From Welwitschia mirabilis (Eukaryota): a stretch of DNA of 52,771 nt. A program made the translations under genes and the position numbers. Under the pieces are notes generated by a model that searched no databases, was not told where the DNA came from, and worked only from the letters and a program-made list of their open reading frames with translations. The DNA is taken from positions 33,561,613-33,614,383 of the forward strand of contig JBOZIK010000001.1 of the NCBI GenBank assembly GCA_051453625.1, in the 5' to 3' direction. Shown piece after piece: positions 37,790-51,400 of the stretch (positions within the stretch are counted from its first letter, which is position 1; every line of letters starts with the position of its first letter).

Positions 37790-39211
37790 ATTTTGTTTTC
37801 ATGGGTCTTCTTATTATTATATGAGGTTTTATAGGTTTTATATAAAAGGACCAACATAAACAAAATACTCCTTAGTAAAATTTTCTAAAATATAAATTAC
37901 AATTTTTCCTTGATTAAATAATAATTCTAGAATTCATCAAGGAGCTTATGTGAAGGCATTTGATCTAATTATTAGTAGTTGAGGCCATCTCACTAAGGTA
38001 ACAAACATAATAACAATAATAGATTCCTAATCATGCATATTAGTTAGTTTTTGGTAAGTATGTTTTTATTTAAACTAGAAGCAATTAATTACATGAACTT
38101 TAGCTTAAAATTTTTAATATCTAGTGTTTTTCATGTACTCTTTCCATCCTTACCATTCAAGTCTAAGATAAACAACTATGCACGGGCTAGTTAAGATGCT
38201 TTTATATTGTTCCTTTGGATATCTTACTTGCAAGTATTATATCATCTTGAAGTCTTCTCTTGTTTTTATCTTCAAATTCTTATGTATTGATATACATAGA
38301 TTTCCTTATGNNNNNNNNNNNNNNNNNNNNNNNNNNNNNNNNNNNNNNNNNNNNNNNNNNNNNNNNNNNNNNNNNNNNNNNNNNNNNNNNNNNNNNNNNN
38401 NNNNNNNNNNTATATGAAATTTAACATAATTTAAGTTGAGTGAATGACCTAAAGTAAAAGTCTATATATATAAATATATTTATATTTGAAAAAAACTAAT
38501 GATAACAATATTAAATTAGAATAAATTATTTTAGTTGTTATGGTTCAATCGTTGATATATAAGATCAAATTTTAAATGTGTTCAAGGAATATTTTGAAAA
38601 TGTAAGACTAGCAACCATGGTGTATTATTAACTAGCAAGGCTTAAATATTTGCTATCCAAATCTTAGGTCAACACTACTATTCATGAGAATTAATTTATT
38701 TTTATGGGTTTCCTTACCATTATACAAGGTTTTATATCAAAGGCCCAACATAAACAATGCATTCCTTAGTAAAATTTCTAAAATATAAATTACAATTTTT
38801 CTTTGATTAAATAATAATTCTGGAATTATTCAATTAGCTTGTGTGAAGACATTTGATCTAATTACTAGTAGTTTAGGTCATCTCATTGAGGTGATAAACA
38901 CAATAATAATAATAGATTCCTAGCTGTGCATATTAGTTAGCTTATGTTAAGTATGTCTTACTTTAAATCGAAAACAATTTACTACATGAACTTTAATTTC
39001 AAATTTTTGATATCTATTATTTTTTATATGCTCCTTCCATCCTTACCATAATCTCCATTCAAGACTAAGACAAACAACTATGCACAAGCTAGTTAAGATG
39101 CTTTTATATTATTTATTTGGATGTCTTACTTGCAAGAATTATGTCATCTTAAAGTCTTCTCTTTTTTTTATCTTCAAATTCTTAGTATTGGTATACATAT
39201 ATTTCCTTATG
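37790..39211. repeat. Two diverged direct repeats of ~520 bp (37790-38310, 38690-39211)
   Basis: Shared blocks CCAACATAAACAA, TTCTAAAATATAAATTACAATTTTT, AACAACTATGCAC..GCTAGTTAAGATGCTTT, ATTTCCTTATG. Confidence 0.85.
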
Positions 39212-40083
39212 ATATTCAAGCTATGTAACATGTTCTAATATGCATCTTCTTCATATTTGAAAGGTTTGATCATTGACGAATTACAGTTCCTCCTGTTACA
39301 TAAACCTTCATACTTTGCATGTTTAGATCTCATTAGAAGAGAGGATTGTTACTTTATTTTGCTTTTAGGCTTTTAAATCTATAGAAGTTCTTTTAATTTA
39401 GAATTCTTTGAGTAAGACTAGTTATATCTTCATTAATTTTAAAATTTTATGATAATAATATTACCTTATGTTCATATTGTTTAATTCATTTGTGACTTCA
39501 AACTTATATAGATATAAGATCTTTGGCCCTCTTTCTTGTACAAGTAAGTATCTTTTAAACTATACTTGTAAGATAGATAATATTTCCTAAAACCATTGAA
39601 TTAATGCTCTTACTTTGTATATGCTTAAATATCTACTCTCATCTCTTTCTATCTTGTATTTAAGAATGCATCTAAGGACTAATACAACATTCTATTTCTA
39701 GGTCCTAGTATAATCTAAGATTTTGAATTCTAGTAAACAAGAAGATAGAACCTTTTTAATACCTTAAGTGGAGAGAAACATATAGACATTTCATAACGTC
39801 TTATTACAAATCTTCAACATCTTCTTTCTATATATGCTGATGTATGGATTGATTACCAATGGAGTATGAGAGTTCATTTGGTTAGGCTTCTTAACTTTTA
39901 ACCTATCTTAGCAACCTATATATCATTATCAATAAAGTTTACCATAAATATTAATCAAGTTCTCTTTTTTAGTTACATTTGGCCTATATAATGTAATTCT
40001 CAGTGGCATGCTAAAAAAATAAATGAACTTATTTCACACATTTAATTCTTCACTTATTAGGCTTCAAGATGCTATATTACACA

Positions 40084-40951
40084 TGTAAGCCGTTGAAGTG
40101 AAAATTCAACTATATTATACATGGAAAAGTGTTAAAGAGGCATTGAAATAAGTACATAACAAAGGAGTGTAATGTGGAAGAGATTTATAATTTTTGAACT
40201 TAGGCTTAAGGAATTTCTGCATAATAACTATTGAAGTGTGTATCACAAATTGGAGTAAGATATCATTATGTTGCCATAATTAAGTTATAGTTTTGGACTT
40301 AATAGTTTAAGCATATTTTGGTTTTAGTTTAATCAAGAAGGTCATTAAGATATTTTAGCATATGAAACTAAATGGTTTAATTTAATTATAAGCATATCCA
40401 ATTGTTTTCTTACAAATTCCTTGTATGAGAGATATGCTAAATCATAACATTTTTCCATAATCAAGTAATCATTATCACCCTAGAAAATGTAAAAGATTAG
40501 ACGTCAAAAGAGTTTATGTAAATTTGAAGTCAATATGCCATGAGATTAGCATTACAGTGAAGGTGATTTGGTATCTCTCTTAATGTAAGAATAAGTTATA
40601 TGAATCTTTAGATTGATGATATCAATGGCCTTAAATAAGCTAAGTGAAATTGTTTATNNNNNNNNNNNNNNNNNNNNNNNNNNNNNNNNNNNNNNNNNNN
40701 NNNNNNNNNNNNNNNNNNNNNNNNNNNNNNNNNNNNNNNNNNNNNNNNNNNNNNNNNNNNNNNNNNNNNNNNNNNNNNNNNNNNNNNNNNNNNNNNNNNN
40801 NNNNNNNNNNNNNNNNNNNNNNNNNNNNNNNNNNNNNNNNNNNNNNNNNNNNNNNNNNNNNNNNNNNNNNNNNNNNNNNNNNNNNNNNNNNNNNNNNNNN
40901 NNNNNNNNNNNNNNNNNNNNNNNNNNNNNNNNNNNNNNNNCTCTCTCTCTT

Positions 40952-40988
<37 letters not shown>

Positions 40989-43900
40989 TACACACACACA
41001 CACACACACACAAAAAAAAAAATCTCACTCTCATTCACTTACTTATAGAGCTTGGAACTTGAAATCTTGGAGCTAAGAAACTCCTAATCTTAGATCTTTA
41101 TCATCTTCAAGTACCAAGGTCTTACTAATATTTCCAAGTAAACTTCTTACTGTTATTGTTCATGTGATATCTTCTTTCTATTGAAATAATGTGATATTTC
41201 ATTAGGGACTTATATATAACTTCTATGAAATTATCTAATAACATATTATCCCCTTCCATTGATTTTCACCAAGACATTATAGTGAGATATGAGAAGGTCT
41301 CTTATGCTTGGGGATGGAGGATTACTAATGGATGATTATGGCCAAGTGACTAAGGGATTCACTATTATCCCCAGGTTTATTTTAGTGGTATGTTTGTTTT
41401 TATCTATTATGCATTAGGACCATATTATTAGGGATAAAGTCTAATCCTTAAAATTCTCTTTAAGCTAGTACTTTTCCATGGAAAATCTCAAGGCTTATAG
41501 TAAATGTTTTTTTTGAATTAATTTAATTTTTCTTTCTATAATGATTTTTTGCCCTCTTTATAATTGATTTATCTTTTTATAACTAATTAATTATCATATT
41601 CATTATTTTATTAATTTAAGTTATTACTTAGGTAGTTGTAAAAACTTTATCATATTTTTGTTATCGCTAAAATTAAATTTGCAGAATAGAGGCATAGGGT
41701 AAAAACATTATATCTTATTAACTAGTAGGTATAAATTAGTGAAATTTTTTTGTAAGTATAGGATTGTATCATGAACATGAAAATGTAGAAACTATAATTT
41801 TTCAAATGAGTAATTATTTATAAAAAAATTATCTATTAAAAAACATCAGCAAATAAATGTAGAAACTAGAAAGTAAGTAATTCATATTTATATACTTATT
41901 TGTTAACATATTTACAAATTTGGGTACCCTAAGTTTAGAAAATTGAATAAGCTTTGTAAAACATCTTGAATCATTTAAAAACTTAAAGTATTTTAAGAGT
42001 TATGGTCATTTTAGTATAGCATGGTAAGACTGTAAGTTTAGAAATTTTGATAGTTTTTAGCCTTAAAGGCTAATATTAGAAATAATACTTTTATAATTAT
42101 AAGATATTTTAAGTTAGATTCTGAGGGATCTTTATGTGTCTAGTTTCTAAAAAACTACTATAATTTAATTTTTGCTTGATAATTAATTAATTATTAATTT
42201 TTAACTATGATGTCTCTCTAGACCCTAAAAATGTTATAATTAATGTTTAAAATTATAGAAAAATTATTACACAAAATTTTATAGGGAAATTGAGTATATA
42301 AAANNNNNNNNNNNNNNNNNNNNNNNNNNNNNNNNNNNNNNNNNNNNNNNNNNNNNNNNNNNNNNNNNNNNNNNNNNNNNNNNNNNNNNNNNNNNNNNNN
42401 NNNNNNNNNNNNNNNNNNNNNNNNNNNNNNNNNNNNNNNNNNNNNNNNNNNNNNNNNNNNNNNNNNNNNNNNNNNNNNNNNNNNNNNNNNNNNNNNNNNN
42501 NNNNNNNNNNNNNNNNNNNNNNNNNNNNNNNNNNNNNNNNNNNNNNNNNNNNNNNNNNNNNNNNNNNNNNNNNNNNNNNNNNNNNNNNNNNNNNNNNNNN
42601 NNNNNNNNNNNNNNNNNNNNNNNNNNNNNNNNNNNNNNNNNNNNTCTCTCTAGACCCTAAAAATGTTATAATTAATGTTTAAAATTATAGAAAAATTATT
42701 GCACAAAATTTTATAGGGAAATTGAGTATATAAAATATGTTTCTATTAGTATATTTAAGTTAAATTATCTATAAGAGATATTTAACTATAAAAATACCAC
42801 TTTTACCCTTGTTCTTAGCTTATTTTAAATGTGCATGCTTATAAGAGTTTTTACCTTAGTAGTTTAAGTGACATAAGTAGTTTGTAGCTTATCACTTATT
42901 TTTATTGACTTATAATGTAGCCATATGAAATCTTAGATAAATATCTATATCTTAACAATTATGCTTGAGCTATACTTTTTTTCGTTTACCTTCTTTACAC
43001 CAATCCATGGAAGTTCTCATATGAGCATGAAAAAGTGTTTTTAGGATTGGCATAGCTCTAGGTATGCTTTAGTTTCTTTAAGTGCATCATTTTATATTTG
43101 TATTATTATTGAAAGAAAAAGAAGAGAATATTTTCTTGATTTAGATAAAAAAGAAAAAAATAATATTTCCCTTATCTAGATTTTTATTATTACAATCCTG
43201 GAAAAAGAAATGTTCTTGTATGCTTTCTTTTTTTTTTTATGATTGTTTCTATAAAATGAACCGATGATGATTAGAATTATTATACCTAGGTAAATAATTT
43301 ATCAAATAAGACTAAATCAAGATAATTGTAATAATTTTAACCCCTCCCTTTAGATTTTATCACCAAGGTGGGTTGCATTACATTTTTTTTTAATAATACC
43401 CTTATGGACATGGATTTGACCATCACTCTCCTATTTGACCCATGTATGAACTTACTCTAACTTAATATCTTAATCTCTTGATTTTAATGGATCATGTTGC
43501 ATTATCTAGAAATGCTTTAAAGAATTAAGGGTCATTTGTAAGCATGCATCCACCTCATGTACCACCTGTCACCAGTATTGGGGGTATATTGAGGTGAAGT
43601 GAAAGCCTATGGAGTTAATCCTAGCCATGTTTGTATAGTTTAGAACCTAAAGTAGAATCAAATTACATTTGGAAGGTGGTCAGATATGGAATTAGAATTC
43701 CATTAATTGGAGTTGTAATCTCCTATTATATATATTAGGTATTATCCTTGAAATTTATCCATGTATGTTGACAATAAGTTTACATCTCCTTAACTATTCA
43801 TAATATATGTTTTATGTGATGAAAAACTAAGAAGAAATGGAGGGCACAAACTTATGACATTACTATTGTTTGTAGACCAAAATAACTTAAAATTTAATTA

Positions 43901-44091
43901 TAGATAAATATATTATATTAATATGATTTATCTTTTTTAAAATATAAAAATTCTAATTAATGAGTAATTAAAATTTAGCCCTAGGTTCCATTACACCTAT
44001 CAAGTAAAAATATTAAAGAAGAAAGAAATTTAAAAAAAAAAAAGAAAAAAAACTAGTGCTTAATTAGGATAGGATAAAAGAGGGTGTTACA
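40084..44091 (+). mobile_element. Probable Tekay/Del-like solo LTR (~4 kb including gaps)
   Basis: TGTAAGCC...GGGTGTTACA termini, no PBS after the end, flanks ACACA/GTATA differ only by transitions, internal CT/CA microsatellite. Confidence 0.55.
40941..41022. repeat. Compound (CT)n(CA)n(A)n microsatellite
   Basis: Directly visible, adjacent to a gap. Confidence 0.97.
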
Positions 44092-44579
44092 GTATAAGTA
44101 TAAGCACTTTGATAATATAGTTTGTTATGTCAGAGAACAATATGATAACAATTTCATAGATTTTAATTGAATTTAAATAAATAAATAAATGGTCGATGGA
44201 CTTACAAAATCACTAAGAGGCTAGAAGTTTGTACAATTTAGGTAGTACCTCAAGCTATAAGACCATAGATTTCAATACTAAAGTGAAGGGGATAACACAT
44301 AAAAAGCCTAAGAATAATAAACCTTATTTATTAAAGTTATGATTTTCTAATTACAAAGGACTATTATAACTACTTATAAGGACATCCATGTAAAATAAAT
44401 AAATATGTAATTCTTAATTAAGAGTCTTAGTTTTAACCAAGGAATCCTAATCAGAACATCATGATTTATGAAATCTATGTATGATATGATAAGTTCCTTC
44501 ATCTTGCAATGAGATTAAGTAAATTGCAATATATTCTTAAACTTGAACATGAATAATTTCAATCTAGTTATAAGAATAA

Positions 44580-44960
44580 ACCCATGACAAGTGAAATTTT
44601 ATAAGATAATCCTATGGATAATGAATTTCATGGAAAGTTAATGATTGAATCATGTGTTTTTCAAAATGTAGAATGATGACTAAGAAATGAGTAACATTGA
44701 AAGAAATCCAACACTTATTATGTGAGGGTGTTTGTGATATAACTTATTTCATAATCATTGATTCTTATTTTAAAGGGTATAAGTGGGAAGGTTGGTTTTT
44801 CTATCACACAATGAATGAAACCCCCAGTCTTAGGGTGTCTTAACTTTATCACTATAGTAAATTAGTTAGGATTCATAAACCATAATCTTGATAGCCAAGG
44901 ATCCAAAAATTCTACATACATGCCTCATGAAACCATGCTTGTAAAGGTTACTTTCAACAT
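44580..44960 (-). mobile_element. Decayed gypsy RT/integrase fragments
   Basis: Minus-strand snippets FP*NSLSIG (PW-SISMDF-like) and KHGFMRHVC (KDG..RMC-like); weak. Confidence 0.25.
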
Positions 44961-45542
44961 CCATGATCTAGTACATTAAGAGTTTTAGAAGAAGAGTTTA
45001 CCCTTTATCACACTTTTTCATAAAAACATACATGCATCTCATAGAATAATAGAATGATATGCTTTAAGAGGTTATTTTATTTGTTAACATAAAAATAAGA
45101 ATGTTTTTATAGGTGTAAGATTTATTAAAATAAATGATTTATAACATGAAGTTCTATATTTCCTAATGGGATTCTAAAATAAAAAACAATCAAGATTAAT
45201 CCACTTTATTCCCTTACCAATATGATATTTCTATAATCAAAATAAAATGTTACTCTTTGTAGTACATGCTCTCTAGCCTAAAGTTAGGAGTTTCTTTTTT
45301 CAAAAATGTATCATTCCCTTTTCCTTCTTAAATGTAACCCACATGGTTTTAAAGTTCCTTGCTTAGATTGTATGGTGGTTATTTAGTTTGATTTGGTATG
45401 GAATATATCTAATGGTATTATCTTTGTAACATTTAATTTTAATTGGTTGTTTATTATCATGATTTTATTTTAGATGTATCACCCATTTAAGTAAATTTAA
45501 CTATTAATTTTTAGACTTTAAGATTTTTTTCANNNNNNNNNN

Positions 45543-45545
<3 letters not shown>

Positions 45546-45600
<55 letters not shown>
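45546..45600. repeat. (CA)n microsatellite
   Basis: Directly visible. Confidence 0.97.
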
Positions 45601-45603
<3 letters not shown>

Positions 45604-46375
45604 GTATTTATGTTATTTTTTAAACTTCTAAAGCCAACCTCTATAATAGGCTAGCTAGTTTAAAATACATTAATAAATCTAAACATATTTTAATTAATAT
45701 ACTAAAGTAGAAAAATAACATTTCTAGAAGATTATAATAGTTTCCAACACACATACTAATAAAGATTTTAATCAAACTACTTTTTGAACCTAACCATTAC
45801 TTGTCTATCATCTATAAAAACTTCTAATAGCATGCTAAAAAGTTCTCTGATTTTTTTCCCTCTCCCATCAAAGTCATGTAATTAGAATGTACTCATTTTT
45901 AACTAAGTCTAGGTTTAGCTTATTCTTCTTCATTTTAGCTAAATTGTGCTCAAAACTATCCATTTATAGGTATAATAAAAACTCAATTAAAGTTGATTTT
46001 TAAGTAACATTTCTAATGAATCCTAATGTTTTTAATAAAATAAGGTATTAATATTCATTATCTTTTATTACTTTTCAAACTATAGTACTATACTTAGAGA
46101 GGTATTTTTATGCTCTTTAGGTGATAGGAACTTCAAACAATCAAATAGTGCAATATGATATAGTTTGAGATTACTCATGATGATCATGATTACAAGGTTA
46201 AGATCAAGAATTAAAATGTAAAGCATGAAGGACTACTTCATCTTATCAACTCTTTAGATGTTTCATAGTTCATTTCTCATCATCATATCTTACTACTTAC
46301 TAATATAATGACTTGGATTCATTTTAACCCTAGATGCATACCACTAAATGACATAATAGATTTTTAGGATGTTCG

Positions 46376-48013
46376 TATAGGATTGAGAACCCTATAGGGG
46401 GGATGAATAGGTTTCTAAAAAATATTCAAATAAATTCACAATATAAACTTGAAATGAATAACTAAAATCTTTTCACATAAAAAATAAAAGTATTCTAAAA
46501 AATAAAATAATAGAAAGCACAGAAATACCAATCATATGGATGCGAGATTATATAATGGTTTAGGAAAACCCCCTACTCCACTCTTGATAATTAAATTATC
46601 ACCAATCCTAATCTGAATCTCTGTTAAATGCTTTCAAGTATTGCAGATTCATCTTTAACCTTTACAAATGGACTTTTTTTGAAGGCTTAGTCTCAGCCTT
46701 TTGTAAGAAATCATGGAAGTGATGATAAAATACCCAAATGTAATAGTATAACTCATTCTTTAGCTTAATAAAAGTAAATGAAGCACTTATCCAATAGATG
46801 ATGCAATCTAAAAACAATAGAGTGCCATAAATTTGACCTCATATGCAAAGATACAATAGATGTTTGTCTTTGGTCAGGAATGTAATGCCAAAGGAGTACA
46901 ATAATCAATCCACAAGATTTAATAGTTTGTCAAGAAGCTCTACAATGATTTTACTCTTAGCTCTTTATAATAGAAGGCATTTAGAATTATTACAAGTAAA
47001 AACGTGTTTCCAATGGTCATAAAATGGCTACTTAATGGATATAAAATTTGTGTTTCCATTCTAACCAGTCAATTCCTCAAACATCCAATCAATCCCTCTT
47101 AGTGTCATCATTTAAAAAGGTCTCCTNNNNNNNNNNNNNNNNNNNNNNNNNNNNNNNNNNNNNNNNNNNNNNNNNNNNNNNNNNNNNNNNNNNNNNNNNN
47201 NNNNNNNNNNNNNNNNNNNNNNNNNNTTATAATAGAAGGCATTTAGGATTATTACAAGTGAAAATGTGTTTCCAATGGTCATAAGATGGCTACTTAATGG
47301 ATATAAAATTTGTGTTTCCATTCTAGCCAGTCAATTCCTCAAACATCCAATCAATCCCTCTTAGTGCCGTCATTTAAAAGGTCTCCCGAGTGAACTTTTT
47401 AGTCACCCTAGTTTCTTACAACTCCATGTTTGGTCAATCACTCATCTAGTCACTCGCATATCTATCTAGTCACCTGATTGATCTTAAAAATCCATCCCAA
47501 GTTTTTGCATCAAAACTAGTTGGATCCTTAAGTATCTGATCGACTCATTGCTAATTGGATATAAATAATTGATGCTCAGTTCTTAGGTCCAGTCAATTCC
47601 TCAAGTGTTTGTTCAATCCCCTAATGATCAGTTCAAGAGTATCAGGTGTGTAGTGCTCAAGTCCGATCGACCTCTTATAGGTCTAATCGACCTCTTATAG
47701 GTTTGGTCAACCCCTTGACATTAGTCCAGGAGTACTCTTCTCAGGTACATAAGTCTGGTTGACCCCTCATAAGTCTGGTTGATCCCTTTGAATTCAATTC
47801 ATTTCTAAGAATTTTCTCTAGGTCTGATTAACCACTTAAAAGTCCAGTCGATTCCTTAAGAGGGTAAAAAAAAACTTGACAAGTTTTAGGATTAAAATAT
47901 GACATTCATTACTTTATCTTTTGACCTACAAGTGATCAATATTTTTTGCATAAGATACAATAAATTTCGCTAAAACTTCAGTTTGACATCAATTAGCAAT
48001 CCATAATCTAATA
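46376..48013 (-). repeat. SIRE-like 3' LTR (copy 1), related to the element B LTR
   Basis: Terminal motif (reverse complement CCTATTCATCCCCCTATAGGGTTCTC) at 46376-46411, GTCGAC-type array, PPT ATCTCCCCTTT at 48014-48024. Confidence 0.8.
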
Positions 48014-48409
48014 ATCTCCCCTTTTACATTAATGACAAATATTTCCTTAGTTAAAAAATATTAAATATGAAAAAACTCCCCTTACAAAATGCCTATTAAT
48101 CTTTACAAAAAAATATTAAATAAATTATATTAAGTAATGCATTTTAAAAAGTTTTAATTCATGCTATCATTAAAACAATTTGAGGTGCAATTTTAGAGAG
48201 ATAAGAAAATGCCAAAATATTTATGAGAAACAAAATTTATGAGAAACAAAATTTTAATCATGCATTATTTTAACAGCCTTGAGATAAATCAGAAGTTTGG
48301 TTCATAAGNNNNNNNNNNNNNNNNNNNNNNNNNNNNNNNNNNNNNNNNNNNNNNNNNNNNNNNNNNNNNNNNNNNNNNNNNNNNNNNNNNNNNNNNNNNN
48401 NNNNNNNNA

Positions 48410-51400
48410 AAGTATTCTGCAAAAATGAAAATAATAGAAAGAACAAAAATACCAATCATATGCATACAAGTTTTATAGTGGCTTGGGAAAATCCTCTACT
48501 CCACTCTCAATGATTAGCTTCTATCCAAACCTGATCCGAATCTCTCTTAAACTCTTCTAGGTATTACAGGTTCACTTGTAATCTTTACAAATAGATTTTT
48601 TCTAAAGACTCGATTTCATCCTTTTGCAAGAAATCATGGTGGTGATGATAGAATGACTTAATGAAAGTAAATGAATTACTTCTTTTATAGATGATAAAAT
48701 TTAGGAATAATGGAGTGCTACAGATCTGATCTTATATGCAAAGATACAATAGATGTTGATTTGTCTTTGGTCATGAATGCAATGCGAAAAAAGTACAATG
48801 ATCAATCCACAAGATTCAATAGTCTAACAAAAGGTTATCCCATGATTTAACTATTAGGTATTTAAAAGACATTTAGGATTATTACAAGTGAAAATGCACT
48901 TCCAAAAACCATAAAATGGCTACATAATGGATATAAAATTTGCATTTCCATCCTGGTCAATCGACTTCTCAAATATCCGATTGACCCCTCCTAATGCTGT
49001 CTCTTAAATAGGTTATCCAAGTGAACTTTTTAATCGCCCTAGTTTCTTATGGCTCCATATCTGATTGACCCCTCAGGACCTAGTCAACTACTCATCTGGT
49101 CGTCCACATATCTGTCCGATCACCTACTTAGTCCTGATAAAATCCATCTTAGTTTCTCTACATTAGGTTTAGTCAATTCCTTAGGAATCTAATCGACCCC
49201 TTGCTAATTGGGTGAGAAGTATTGATGCTCAGTTCTTAGATCTAGTCGATCCTTCAGGTGTCCAGTTGACCCCTTGATAATCAGTTCATGAGTATCAGGT
49301 GCATAGTGCTCAGGTTTAGTCAACCCTTTGATAATCAGTTCAGGAGTACTATTCTTAGGTTAATAGGTCCAATCGATCCCTTAGATGCTCAATTGACCCC
49401 TCTAGATTTAATTCATTTCTGAGAGTTTATTCTAGGTGCAATTGACCCCTTAGAAGTTTAGTCGACCCCTCAAGAGGGTAACAAAACTTGATAGGATTTA
49501 AGATTAAAATTTGAAAAATTTTACTTTAGCTTATGATCTGTAAGTGATTAATATTTTTTGCATAAAATACAACAAATTGTGCTACACAAAAAACATTAGT
49601 TTGACATCAATTAATAATTCATAATTCAACATTCTTTCCCTTTGACATTGATGGCAAATATTTTCTTAATTGAGGATATTAGAATTTGGAAAACTCCCCC
49701 TCATAAAATGTCTATTAATTTTTGTAAAAATATTAAATCTTTTATATCGAGTAAGACATTTTAAAAAGTTTTAATTTATGCTATCATTAAAACAAGTTGA
49801 GGTGCAATTTTGAAGAGATAAGAAAATGCCAAAATATTTATGAGAAATAATATTCATGAGAAATAACATTTTGATCATGCATTATTTAGCAACCTTAGGA
49901 TAAATCAGAAATTTAGTTCATAAAAAATAAAAGTGCACTACAAATTTTGGATAGAAATAATGAAAAACAAGTGCATTTATATTACGTTAAGTAGTATAAA
50001 TTAAAACTTCTCATTAAAAGTAAATACATATGAAAGAATCATAATCAACTAACTAATTCTTCTCCTTTTGACATCAATAACAAAGAAGAGAAATACATAC
50101 AATATAAAAAAAGAAAAACATAAGCATAGGAAAAAGATCTAGTTAAATTCCTGTTCTTTCTCTTCTTCAACTGCCTTCTGCTCTAAGCTTCTAGCTTCCT
50201 ATGAAGTATCTTACATAATTGATAGGGCCTAGATAACCGGGATTTCATGCTGGTCGATTGACCACTTGACTGTCCTGTAATCAGCTAGAGGATGATGAGA
50301 TGACCCACATTTCATTTCTAAGATGAAGAAAAGTATAAAAATTTAGAGGTTTGGTAAAAATATCTACCAGTTGTTGATTTATACTAATAAAGTTCATAGT
50401 AGCATTTCCTTTTTCTACTTGATATCTTAAAAAGTGATGCCTTAGCTTAATATGTTTGGTTCTTGAGTGCTGAATAGGATTTTAGAAATGTTTATTACAC
50501 TATTTTAAATTTATACCAAAATCTTTTAACATTTATTTCATTAATAATAAATGAGCACAACAACTTTCTACTATAATATATTTAGCTTTTGCTATTAAAA
50601 GAAAGATTGAATTTTATTTCTTACTTACTCATCCTATTAAAAATGAGCCTAAAAAAAATAATCTCCACTTGCGCTCTTTCTATTGTTCTTACATCTAGCC
50701 TAATCTAAAATCTATAAGCTCAAAGGATGTCTCTATAGAATACTACAAATCTTAATTACATATGTCCTTTACATTCTTGATTATTCTTTTTACTACTTAT
50801 AAGTGTAATTTTTTTGGTTGGGATTGATATCTTTCACATACTTTAATACTAAACATAATGTCTAGTTTACTTATAGTTAAATATAATAAACTTTTTAATC
50901 ATACTCTTATAAAGTTTTTAATCCATCGATTTATCATTTTAATCCAAACTCACTTTACAAGATGTTGACATAGGAGTATCAGTTGGTTTTACATTTTCCA
51001 ATCTAAAAAAATTGATTAAATATTTACATATTAGATTGAGAAATAAATATTTCATCCTTTGTTTGATTAATCTATAATCTAAGAAACATTTTCTCTTCAT
51101 CAAGCATGCTCATTTTAAAATGTATTATTATAATAGTTGCAAATTCTTTTAACAATATTTTGTTTGAGGCATCAAATTTGATATCATCTACATAGATTTT
51201 TATAATATTGAAATCCTTTCTTAAGCTCTTTATAAACAAGGTTTTGTCTACTGTTCCACGATATATCCATTATTATTTAAAAATGTGGCTAGCTTCTCAT
51301 ACTAAGCTGTTAGAGTTTTTTTAATCCATACAAGGATTTCTTAATCCTATAAACATGATCAATTTTATGAGGATTAATAAAACCTTGTGGTTGCTCTACA

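Noticed and set aside
40613..41062. ORFs with HTHT/CVCV/ERER repeats and other X-rich ORFs (e.g. 18924-19415, 24972-25568)
   Set aside because: Artefacts of N runs and microsatellites.
42213..42734. Repeat flanking a gap
   Set aside because: Near-identical on both sides of the Ns; likely artefact.
46966..47387. ~160-bp repeat flanking a gap
   Set aside because: Near-identical, gap-associated, and single-copy in the sister LTR.
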